The notes under the pieces were generated by a model. That model had not been told where the DNA came from and did no database searches. It was given only the letters and a program-made list of their open reading frames with translations. Positions 1 to 8,142 of a stretch of DNA of 64,000 nt are shown piece by piece. Position numbers and translations under genes: made by a program. Location: contig CBDHDK010000002.1 in assembly GCA_965261355.1 (NCBI GenBank), positions 130,456 through 194,455 on the forward strand. The letters run 5' to 3'. Within the stretch, counting starts at the first letter, position 1. Each line of letters starts with the position of its first letter. This DNA is from Dehalococcoidia bacterium (GTDB taxonomy: Bacteria > Chloroflexota > Dehalococcoidia > Lucifugimonadales > UBA3495).

Positions 1-78
1 ACTAATCACATGGTCTTTTTAGTCGGGGTAAAATGGGGCTATTTTGGGCCGGACGCTTTGGGTCCATAGGGTGCTCGG

Positions 79-267
79 ATGCAGGAACGAATAAGGAATC
101 TCGAGAATTTCGCGCAAATTGCCACTCAGTGGGCCAGGGAAATGGAAGAGTCGCAACAGCGAATTGAGAACTCGCAAAGGCGTAGGGATGAATTAATGCA
201 ACAGATGCTGCAGGCAGTGGCTGTAATGCAGGCGGAGATCGTCCGCATTGACGAGACGCATAACTAG
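79..267 (+). CDS. hypothetical small protein (charged, coiled-coil-looking)
   Basis: 62-aa ORF rich in Q/E/R with heptad-like spacing. No recognisable family, and it lies at the window edge. Confidence 0.25.
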   Translation: MQERIRNLENFAQIATQWAREMEESQQRIENSQRRRDELMQQMLQAVAVMQAEIVRIDETHN

Positions 268-303
268 CTGGATAGCGCCCATTCTGCCGTCTTTGCTGGC
301 CGG

Positions 304-534
304 TCAGGGTTCACGGCGGCGGCTGGTGAGCCAGCCCACGATGGTCATCACCGCGACGATGGCCCCGATTCCCAGCAGCAGCCATCCCATGCCCTTGATT
401 ATCCACTCACCAACCGGCGAAATCAGCACCGCACCGATAGCCGCCAGCCACACGCCAGCCACACGCCAGCCAGCAGGCCACAACCGGGTCCCCTGCCGCC
501 GATTCTTATGCGCCTTTGATAGCCCACTATCCAC
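304..534 (-). CDS. small membrane protein (two predicted TM helices)
   Basis: 76-aa ORF with two hydrophobic spans (VAGVWLAAIGAVLISPV and MGWLLLGIGAIVAVMTIVGWL). Its start overlaps the stop of the upstream MBL gene by 8 nt, which looks like operon coupling. Confidence 0.4.
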   Translation of the reverse strand: MDSGLSKAHKNRRQGTRLWPAGWRVAGVWLAAIGAVLISPVGEWIIKGMGWLLLGIGAIVAVMTIVGWLTSRRREP

Positions 535-1363
535 TTTTGATAAGAGCGTAGGTCGAGTAGGACTCTATAATGCGTCCTTCCTCCACCAGTTTCTGCAAAT
601 GGGTGCGGACGTTGCGGGCCGCAGCGTCGCGCAGGTTGTCGGCCAAGTCTCGAGGGTAGACGACGGTCACGATATCGTCCACCGAACCCGCCCCGTCGGC
701 AAGGGCCGACAGCACCTGCTCTTCCCGCTCGGTGCGGTGGCGCGCATACCAGGCGATGCGGGCCGCTCCGTCGCGAATGACTTGACCGTGCCCTGGGCAG
801 AGGATGTCCGGGTTCAGGCGGGCCAGCGTTCCCAGTGACTCCATGTACTGCTTCAGATTGCGGACACTGGAGGACGAGTTGCCGAGGATGGTGTCGCCGC
901 TGAAAACCGCGCCATCGGCCGGCAGGTGGTAAGAGATGTGGTCGTCCTCGTGGCCGGGAGTGTGCCAGGCCTGAAGCGACACGCGCCCTCCGGCATCGAC
1001 CGTTTCCTGTTCTTCCAACGGACGCACCACGCCCTGACCGAGCTGATGGGTCAGGCGCGGCTCGAGCCTGGGGTGGCAGCGGACCTCGCAGTCGAAGCTC
1101 TCCTGCAGCCTGTCCAGGCCTCCGATGTGGTCGCCGTGGCCGTGGGTTACCAGGATGGCGGAAATCCTGGGGCGGCCCAACTCGGTGTGGTAGTCGAGAA
1201 TCTGTCGCGTCCAGAAGCGGTAGGGTTCTCCGGAGTCGACCACGACCATGTGCTCCAAAGGGTCGCCAACGAAGTAGATCTGGGTACCGCCCGGGTGCAT
1301 TGCCCCAAAGGTGGTCGGGTCCTCCTCGATGTGGGTGCTGAAGATGTGAGGGGTTATCTGCAT
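527..1363 (-). CDS. MBL-fold metallo-hydrolase
   Basis: 278 aa with the metallo-beta-lactamase signature THGHGDHIGG and downstream His/Asp ligands. ATG start is preceded by AAGAGG. Confidence 0.85.
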   Translation of the reverse strand: MQITPHIFSTHIEEDPTTFGAMHPGGTQIYFVGDPLEHMVVVDSGEPYRFWTRQILDYHTELGRPRISAILVTHGHGDHIGGLDRLQESFDCEVRCHPRLEPRLTHQLGQGVVRPLEEQETVDAGGRVSLQAWHTPGHEDDHISYHLPADGAVFSGDTILGNSSSSVRNLKQYMESLGTLARLNPDILCPGHGQVIRDGAARIAWYARHRTEREEQVLSALADGAGSVDDIVTVVYPRDLADNLRDAAARNVRTHLQKLVEEGRIIESYSTYALIKSG

Positions 1364-1418
1364 CGGCGGGCCTCTTTCGATTTGGTGAATGGCGCGGCCA
1401 GTTTATCAGGCTGGTGCA

Positions 1419-1491
1419 TCCGGCGGGAATGACGGGTTCTGGGTGCGAGGTGAGACGGGGGTTTGGATTCCCGCGTCCGCGGGAATGACGG
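1419..1491. repeat. REP-like intergenic element (GCGGGAATGACGG x2, hairpin ATTCCCGC-GTCC-GCGGGAAT)
   Basis: GCGGGAATGACGG occurs directly repeated at 1423-1435 and 1479-1491. The second copy is part of a perfect 8-bp hairpin at 1467-1486. The element sits just downstream of the priA stop. Confidence 0.5.
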
Positions 1492-1492
1492 A

Positions 1493-4006
1493 TCAGGTTA
1501 CGTGGGCCGGGTCTATGTCCAAGGTGCAACCGACCGGGAAGTCGGTGGCCTCGAGGAATTCGGCGAGATTGCGGCCGCGCAGCAGCAGGCGCCAGCGATG
1601 GCGGCCACGCAGGCGCGGGGGCAGTCCTGGGGCGGGGCCAGTAACGTCGATGTCGGAGCGCCCCTCGGAGGCAGCGCGACGCTTGAGCTCGTCGGCGATG
1701 ATTGTGGCCTGTCGCTGGGCGGCGTCGGCGTCGGTGTTCTGATAGACGATGTGGGCGAGTTGGTTGAAGGGAGGGTATCCGTATTGCTGGCGGAACTCGA
1801 TTTCCCTCCGATGCATCTCGGCGTAGTCCTGGTTGGACCCGGCGTGGACGGCGTAGTGTTCGGGGTCGTAGGTCTGGACGAAGACGCGGCCGGGAGCGTC
1901 GCCGCGGCCGGCACGGCCGGCGACCTGGCAGAGCAGGCTGAAGACGCGCTCGCCCGATCGAAAGTCGGGCACATGCAGACCGATGTCGGCCAGAACCACG
2001 CCGACCAGGGCAACGTTGGGTATGTCCAGCCCCTTTGCGACCATCTGGGTGCCGATGAGCACCTGCGTTTCGCCCGAGGCCAGCCGGGCCACCGCGTCCT
2101 CGGCAGCGCCGGCGGAACGGGTGGCGTCGGAGTCAAGGCGGTCGACGCTGACGCCTGGAAAGAGCTCGCTCACCTCCGATACGACTCGCTCGGTGCCGAG
2201 ACCGAGCTGCCGAATGCGGCGACCGCGACACTCGGGGCATTCGGTCAGCGGACGGCGAGAATAGTTGCACTGGTGGCAGAGCAGCCGGGCCGGGCCACTG
2301 TGATAGGTCAGAGAAGTAGTGCAGCGGCGGCAGACGGCAACGTGACCGCAGTCGCGGCACTGGACGATGGTGGAAGAGCCGCGGCGGTTGAGGAACAGTA
2401 TCGCCTGGTTGCCGCCAGACAAGCACTCCCGCAGTCCAATGGTGAGAGCCCGGCTGAAGATGTGCCGGTTGCCCTCGCGAAGCTCGCGGCGCATATCGCA
2501 GACCTCGACCTGCGGCAGGCTAGGCGGAGAGCCAGGCTCGTAGCCGTCATGCGATTCGCCGATGCCACGGTCGGGGTTGGTTCGCCGGAGGGACCCACCC
2601 GCCACGCGGTAAGGAAGTTCCAGCAGGCGCAGGCGACCGCGAGAGGCGTGGTAGTAGCTCTCCACGGAAGGGGTTGCGCTGCCGAGAACCACGGCTGCGC
2701 CCGTTACCCGGGCGAGCTCGAAGGCTGCGGCGCGGGCGTGGTAGAGGGGGGCGGTCTCCTCCTGCTTGTAGGTCCATTCGTGTTCTTCGTCGATGACTAT
2801 GATGCCGAGGTTGTCTATCGGGGCGAAGAGGGCGCTGCGGGGGCCGACGACGACGTCGAAGGTGCCGCCGCGGATGTCCCACCACTGGTCGAATTTCTGG
2901 CGCGGCGTCTGCTTGCTGTGGAGCAGGGCGACCCGGCCTGCGAATCGGGCATTCACCCGCTCCAGTGTCTGGGGTGTGAGCGCAATCTCGGGAACGAGGA
3001 ACAGGGCGCGGCGTCCCTGGCGGATGGCGTGGTCGATGGCACGGAGGTAGACCTCGGTCTTTCCGCTGCCGGTGACTCCGTGGAGCAGGAAGGAGCGGGA
3101 AGACAGCGGGTTCCCAGCGGCACCGGCCTCCCTGTCGGGGGAGGCGTCGAGGGCGGCGGTGATCTCGGCAAGAGCGTGGCGTTGTTCGGAGGTCAGGGTG
3201 AGATCCCCGGGCCTTCCGGGTTCGCCCAGGCGCGGGATGGGGGGCGGGCCGCCCGAGGTACGCAGCCACTCCATCGCCACAAACCTTTTCTGCCACAGGG
3301 CCCCCACGGTCCGGGGCGAGAACTCGCGGTTGGCTTCGGCCAGCGGCAGGTGCTGCGGAGACTGGCGGACGATGTCGAGGAGGGCCTGCTGCCGGGCGGT
3401 CAGGTCAGCGGCTTCAGCGCCCGTGGTCCGGACAGGGACGAGGTAGGCCTGGTACTTCGGTGCGACCGACGGGCGGGGGATGGAGACTTCGCGCCGGACC
3501 ACACCTCCCTCTACGAGTCGGATAAGCTCGCGGGCGCCGCGGCGTCCCAGCAGCTTGACGAAATCGGGTTGGGTCATGCGGCCCTTGCCGTTCAGGGCCT
3601 GCAGGGCGGCGTGTGTCTCCAAACGCGGGGGTTCGCTGTCGGGCTCTTTCGCTTCGCCAGGGAACACGGTGGACCGGACGCGGGACTCGAAGCCAGGCGG
3701 GAGCATCAGAGAAAGGGCGGCGAACAGAGGCGAAAGGTAGTAGCGGCTGAGCCATTGCCCCAACCGCAGGTGTTCGCGGCTGAGAAGCGGGGTGGGTTCC
3801 ACCGGCTGGAGGATATCGCGAGTCGGGAAGTCGGGCTCGGCGGAGGACAGCTCTAGTACGATGCCCTGCAGGACCTGGGATCCGAAGGGGACCCAGACCA
3901 GTTGCCCCGGTCGAACGGTGAAGCGGGCGGGGATACCGTAGGTGAATGTACGGGCGTGGCCCACCGGGGCATCGACGGCCACATCTGCAAACCTTAGTTC
4001 ATCCAC
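1493..4006 (-). CDS. priA: primosomal protein N' (replication restart helicase PriA)
   Basis: 837 aa with Walker A GVTGSGKTEVY, DEEH box IVIDEEHE, and the Cys-rich zinc cluster CRDCGHVAVCRRC...CHQC...CPECRG typical of PriA. GTG start. Confidence 0.9.
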   Translation of the reverse strand: MDELRFADVAVDAPVGHARTFTYGIPARFTVRPGQLVWVPFGSQVLQGIVLELSSAEPDFPTRDILQPVEPTPLLSREHLRLGQWLSRYYLSPLFAALSLMLPPGFESRVRSTVFPGEAKEPDSEPPRLETHAALQALNGKGRMTQPDFVKLLGRRGARELIRLVEGGVVRREVSIPRPSVAPKYQAYLVPVRTTGAEAADLTARQQALLDIVRQSPQHLPLAEANREFSPRTVGALWQKRFVAMEWLRTSGGPPPIPRLGEPGRPGDLTLTSEQRHALAEITAALDASPDREAGAAGNPLSSRSFLLHGVTGSGKTEVYLRAIDHAIRQGRRALFLVPEIALTPQTLERVNARFAGRVALLHSKQTPRQKFDQWWDIRGGTFDVVVGPRSALFAPIDNLGIIVIDEEHEWTYKQEETAPLYHARAAAFELARVTGAAVVLGSATPSVESYYHASRGRLRLLELPYRVAGGSLRRTNPDRGIGESHDGYEPGSPPSLPQVEVCDMRRELREGNRHIFSRALTIGLRECLSGGNQAILFLNRRGSSTIVQCRDCGHVAVCRRCTTSLTYHSGPARLLCHQCNYSRRPLTECPECRGRRIRQLGLGTERVVSEVSELFPGVSVDRLDSDATRSAGAAEDAVARLASGETQVLIGTQMVAKGLDIPNVALVGVVLADIGLHVPDFRSGERVFSLLCQVAGRAGRGDAPGRVFVQTYDPEHYAVHAGSNQDYAEMHRREIEFRQQYGYPPFNQLAHIVYQNTDADAAQRQATIIADELKRRAASEGRSDIDVTGPAPGLPPRLRGRHRWRLLLRGRNLAEFLEATDFPVGCTLDIDPAHVT

Positions 4007-4085
4007 AACTCACCGGCGTGGGAGGGCATGTTACGGAACTCCCCGCGACTCTCGTCCTGTTGTCGAAAGCGGGAGAAAGGGGAGT

Positions 4086-4637
4086 TTACGCTCCCGCCTG
4101 CTCTTCGGTCTCTTCAGGCGCGGCCGGTTCCTCGGCCTCAGCCACGGGTTCGGCGGCCTCGTCGACTTCCTCATCGGCCTGCTCTTCAGCCTCGGCGGCC
4201 GCCTGCTCCAGAGCTTCAGCCTCGGCGGCGAGTCGGGCTTCCTCGCGGCGCGCCTCGGCGGCGGTCTGGGCCTCGATGGCACGGCGGCGCTGGGCCGGGT
4301 TCAGTTCCTTGATGCGGGCGGCACGGCCCTGCCGGCCACGCAGGAAGAACAGCTTGGCACGACGCACGGAGCCGTGGCGGGTTACTTCCAGAGATTCGAT
4401 GAGGGGCGAATGCATGGGAAAGATACGCTCTATGCCAATGCCCGCGGTGATGCGGCGGACAGTGAAGCAGGCAGCGGGGCCATTGCCGTGGTCGAGGCGG
4501 ATGACCACACCCTGGAAGGCCTGGATGCGCTCGCGTTCGCCCTCACGGATGCGGAAGTTGACGCGAACGGTGTCGCCGGCGGAGAACTGAGCAATGCGGG
4601 GGTTGGCTTCGGGCTTGTAAATCTCTGAGGCGTTCAT
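4086..4637 (-). CDS. rplS: 50S ribosomal protein L19 with long acidic Ala/Glu-rich C-terminal tail
   Basis: The core FSAGDTVRVNFRIREGERERIQAFQGVVI...RRAKLFFLRGRQGRAARIKE is colinear with L19. I prefer the ATG at 4637 (MNASEI...) over the TTG at 4664. About 72 extra C-terminal residues are present. Confidence 0.88.
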   Translation of the reverse strand: MNASEIYKPEANPRIAQFSAGDTVRVNFRIREGERERIQAFQGVVIRLDHGNGPAACFTVRRITAGIGIERIFPMHSPLIESLEVTRHGSVRRAKLFFLRGRQGRAARIKELNPAQRRRAIEAQTAAEARREEARLAAEAEALEQAAAEAEEQADEEVDEAAEPVAEAEEPAAPEETEEQAGA

Positions 4638-4809
4638 GTTCCAGTCTCTGTCAATATTCAGCAAATATGACTGGCCTCAGCGTTGTCGAAGGACGCGGCG
4701 GGCCGGTTCAAGCCATCGATGTCGAAATCAGTGCGGGGCGCCTACCCTGTCGGCCGTGCCTTTCCCTTCGTAGCGGACGTCCCTCCGTCGCTACCGGGAG
4801 CGGGCCTGA

Positions 4810-4886
4810 TGGTGGGCGGTAGTGGACTCGAACCACTGACCTCTTGCGTGTCGAGCAAGTACTCTAACCAACTGAGCTAACCGCCC
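4810..4886 (-). tRNA. tRNA-Val (anticodon GAC), CCA encoded
   Basis: The reverse complement folds by hand as a cloverleaf: GGGCGGT-TA-GCTC-AGTTGGTTA-GAGT-A-CTTGC-TCGACAC-GCAAG-AGGTC-AGTGG-TTCGAGT-CCACT-ACCGCCC-A-CCA (77 nt). The anticodon loop reads U32 C33 G34 A35 C36, so position 33 is C rather than the usual U. Confidence 0.85.
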
Positions 4887-5002
4887 GCACTGCAAGCAGT
4901 GTAACAACCGGCGTGTCGACGGTCAAGATTCGCGCGGGCCCTCAGAGGGAGTTTTTGTTCGGATGAGACGCCCACAAGCAGGGCAATAGAACTCCAGTAT
5001 TC

Positions 5003-5042
5003 CACCCTCGCCCCGGTCCTTCTCCCTGGGGAGAGGGGATCT
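5003..5042 (+). repeat. REP-like element, family CACCCTC...CTCTCCC-nn-GGGAGAGGGGAT (copy 1)
   Basis: CCACCCTCGCCCCGGTCCTTCTCCCTGGGGAGAGGGGAT contains the short hairpin TCTCCC/GGGAGA. Related copies lie at 6273-6334 and, inverted, at 37196-37228. Confidence 0.6.
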
Positions 5043-5218
5043 TATTTCCAAATGCGATAGCCCTGGGACTTTGGCGGGGGTCTTTTGGTTTTGGACATTG
5101 ACCCTTCAAGCCCGCTCATGGCGGGCCTGTCGAAGCACCAACGGGCGGCCCTTCGACAGACTCAAGGCCGACGGGTTGGCTACAACCAAAAGGCGTTGGG
5201 GCCTTCCCTCGTGACGGT

Positions 5219-5250
5219 GTAACATTTTGCAACATTATGTAACATTTCCG
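5219..5250. promoter_or_regulatory. conserved 31-nt triple direct-repeat motif GTAACATTttGCAACATTATGTAACATTTC (copy A)
   Basis: 27 of 31 nt are identical to 48417-48447. It holds three (G)YAACRTT units about 10-11 nt apart. On the minus strand it reads TTACATAAT (-10-like), pointing toward tRNA-Val and rplS. Confidence 0.45.
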
Positions 5251-5527
5251 CTCATTTCCTGGTGGCGTGTGGAGGTCAGCGAAGGGACAAATGTCAGCAG
5301 GCAGGGTTGCGAAACAGGTGGTCCGGTCGATCATGGGGCACTGGTGCGAAAGTTTTGCCCCGCCCGAATCTTATCCTTCAGCTTAGCCCCTAATTGAGAC
5401 AGATAAGTTTGTCGCTCCTGAGATTTCATTGACAGAACAATTGTACGATTAAAAGTGCCTCAGGGCAAGAGTGATGTTTCTGCGGGAGACAATTGCAAAA
5501 GTGATGTAGGTGAACGCGCCGTGATGC

Positions 5528-5890
5528 TCACCGCAGCTTAAAACGCAAGATCAGCAGTGTTGCTCCCACGGTCAGGGCTGCTAGACAGAGGGGCGAATAT
5601 ACGATCAGTGGTCGAATTGAGATCATACAGTAGTCCAGACTGTCCTGCTCGTTTGGCCAACCCCGGAGGTTCTCATTCCAGTAGCCATAGGACTGGAGAA
5701 TGACCGTGGTGATGGCGACCCCAACCAGTCCGATCCCCAGACCCCACAAGAGAGATTGACGCGTCGATATTCTGGACGAAAACGCACCCAAGCCCAGCCC
5801 AGCCACTGCCCCGAAGAACAAGGGTGAACCGAAATACGCAAGAGTAGCAAGCAGTACCAGAAAATCCAACATCATGTGGTACTGTGGCAA
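5528..5890 (-). CDS. hypothetical integral membrane protein
   Basis: 120-aa ORF with about 4 hydrophobic helices, inside a lower-GC patch. No recognisable family. Confidence 0.4.
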   Translation of the reverse strand: MPQYHMMLDFLVLLATLAYFGSPLFFGAVAGLGLGAFSSRISTRQSLLWGLGIGLVGVAITTVILQSYGYWNENLRGWPNEQDSLDYCMISIRPLIVYSPLCLAALTVGATLLILRFKLR

Positions 5891-6272
5891 CGAAAGGCCC
5901 GTGCGTCAATGCCAACCTCCCAAAACTCTATGCCTCTAACTAAGCGAGGTGTGTTCGTCTTTAGGGTTAAGCAGCCCTCTGCTGATACGACGTGGTTGCA
6001 ACAAGAGACAACGCCGAAAGCGACGGAGGTAGGCATCCTTTTGCGGGCCTTGTGCAAAATGGAGAGCGGTACTCCGGTATTGTCGTTATCTAGCTGGTGG
6101 TGCACGCATCAGCCTACCGGGACTTTTGCAATCGTCTCTTCTGCGGGCAGGGTTCCGGATTTGGCGGTCCAATAAACAGAAGACGGTGCCCTCAGAGCAC
6201 GTGTGGCAATTGCCCATTGCTTATGAAGTACAAGACAAAGCGGCATCCCTCGTTCCTGCGGGAGTAGAGGAA

Positions 6273-6334
6273 CACCCTCACCCCCCGGCTCCGTAGGGGC
6301 AGGCTCTAACCCTCTCCCAGAGGGAGAGGGGATT
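6273..6334 (+). repeat. REP-like element, same family (copy 2)
   Basis: CACCCTCACCCCCCGGCTCCGTAGGGGCAGGCTCTAACCCTCTCCCAGAGGGAGAGGGGAT, with the hairpin CCCTCTCC/GGAGAGGG. Confidence 0.6.
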
Positions 6335-6558
6335 TGTCCCACACCATCTCAGGCAGGCTCAGCTCAGGGTCTGGATTCCCACTGCCCGCTTTCGGGAGGA
6401 CAAGCTCGGTCGTAATACCGGAACGCGAGCTCGAATACCGCCTGAATTGGAACTCTATCGCGTCAGCAGCAGTTGGGAGGTTAGCTGGACCGCCCTGCCC
6501 CACGGCGGGTTTACAATGGAAGTAAATAGCTGGTGAACCGGGCAATTGGGAGTGCGCG

Positions 6559-6951
6559 ATGGCCACGAAGGAACGCTACCGTCTGCTGTACGACGGCGCC
6601 TGCCCGATATGCAGCCGCGAGGTGCTGTGGCTGCACCGTCGGCGGCCGGAAGCGATCGAGGCGGTGGACATCTCGGCAGAAGGCTTCGACGCCGAAGGGT
6701 TCGGCCTGACCGACGAGCAAGTGGATGCGGCGCTTTACGGCATAGGGCCCGACGGCAGCGTGACGGTGGGGATGGCAAGCCTGCGGGAGGGATACCGGCT
6801 GGCCGGGCTAGGCTGGCTGATGACGTGGACCGGGTGGTGGCCGGCACGACCGGCATTCGATGCCTTCTACCGCTGGTTCGCGCGCAACCGGATGCGCATC
6901 GGCCGGCTGCTGGGCAGGGATGACGACTGCGGGGACCGGTGTGGGTTGTAA
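6559..6951 (+). CDS. thiol-disulfide oxidoreductase DCC family (DUF393) protein
   Basis: 130 aa. The N-terminal YDGACPICSREV CxxC motif and overall length are typical of the DCC family. Confidence 0.75.
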   Translation: MATKERYRLLYDGACPICSREVLWLHRRRPEAIEAVDISAEGFDAEGFGLTDEQVDAALYGIGPDGSVTVGMASLREGYRLAGLGWLMTWTGWWPARPAFDAFYRWFARNRMRIGRLLGRDDDCGDRCGL

Positions 6952-7061
6952 TGTCGCCGCACGCCAGGGAGACTAGAATACCCTGAAAAGGACAAGAGCG
7001 GTTCCGTTTGCTTATGAGGTATGGCCCTTCGTTGCATCCGCGCAACGCTCTGTCGCAAGGT

Positions 7062-7772
7062 CTATTCTTCTTTCGGAAGTCCCTGCCCAAAAATGCGGAC
7101 ATGCTCCGGAAGCGTCTTTCCGCTCTTCTCCAAGGCCTCTTCGACCTGCGCAAGATCATGCACGTATATCTCAGCCCGGTTCTCGAATACGTTGATGTCG
7201 GATGCCGCTTGAAACCCTAGCCCTCTGACCATCGAGCCAGCATCTTGTTGGGATCGTTTCAATTCCTGAAGGGTTGCGTCGACGGTTCTGACTTCGATAA
7301 TGTCCCCCATTGGCCCGTCCTGGACATACTTGGCGATTGTCTCCTCCCCGTGCCTGGTGAAGGCTGCCACAACGCGGTATTCCGGTTCGTGCTGAATCCA
7401 GAACCCCCCGAGGGTGCCTTTTTCGTTGGCTTCGAGAGCTGCCCCCAATTCCCCAATTGTTTCCTGCAGGGTCAGCCGCCTGATCGCCTCCGACAACTCG
7501 ACGCCGAATTGTGCCGCATACCACTGGGCATCTTGCGCCAGAGCCGGGGAAACACCCTCCGGTATTTCCTCGGGCGCGAGCGTGTTAAACGGGGTTGGCC
7601 GGGGTCGGTTCGGTTCGTCTGGGTCGTCTATGTCCACTGATTCTGTGTCCACTGCTTTTTGAACCAACCCAACACCCTTCGTTACAGGCACTCCCTCAGT
7701 CGCTGGCGCACAAGCTAGGCACGCCACCAGGGTTACAAGCAGAAACAGTGCCACCGGGACAAGAGTCTTCAT
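7062..7772 (-). CDS. secreted lipoprotein, unknown function
   Basis: I prefer the internal start MKTLVPVALFLLVTLVACLAC (signal peptide plus LVAC lipobox), preceded by GGAAGG. The longer ORF reaching 8003 runs through the intergenic tandem repeat. Confidence 0.6.
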   Translation of the reverse strand: MKTLVPVALFLLVTLVACLACAPATEGVPVTKGVGLVQKAVDTESVDIDDPDEPNRPRPTPFNTLAPEEIPEGVSPALAQDAQWYAAQFGVELSEAIRRLTLQETIGELGAALEANEKGTLGGFWIQHEPEYRVVAAFTRHGEETIAKYVQDGPMGDIIEVRTVDATLQELKRSQQDAGSMVRGLGFQAASDINVFENRAEIYVHDLAQVEEALEKSGKTLPEHVRIFGQGLPKEE

Positions 7773-8142
7773 AGTCGGACAACCTTCCGGGGTTTGGCTA
7801 CATGGATACATTCGCGTTCGGATGCCGCTATCAGGCAACATATCATATGCAAACGGGCCATGAGCGAACGGGCCACATGCAAACGGAATCACCGGAGCTG
7901 TTGAGGTGCGAAAAGAAGAGGACTTTGCGCTGGCATATAGGGATCCCGAGGTTCCGGCGGCGGCAAGGATGCCGGGCTGCAACGCAGTGTGCTCGGAAGA
8001 CATGAGCCATCAAGGGGACTGCGGCGGACTCCGTATCATCAATCCGTTTTCGGATGGAGATTAAGATTCGTTCATGCGCAAAATCGAGTGATATACTCCG
8101 CCCGGACGCGGGAATTGATTCATCACAGGGACCGGGGGGACG

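Noticed and set aside
1463-3856. 797-aa plus-strand ORF
   Set aside because: It lies entirely antisense to the well-supported priA gene. The sequence is low-complexity and Gly/Ala/Arg/Val-rich with no motifs, so it is a typical shadow ORF of GC-rich DNA.
5116-5334. 72-aa minus-strand ORF covering the 31-nt motif
   Set aside because: It has no RBS or family features. The second copy of the motif (48417) is not in a comparable ORF, so the conservation is at the DNA or RNA level rather than the protein level.
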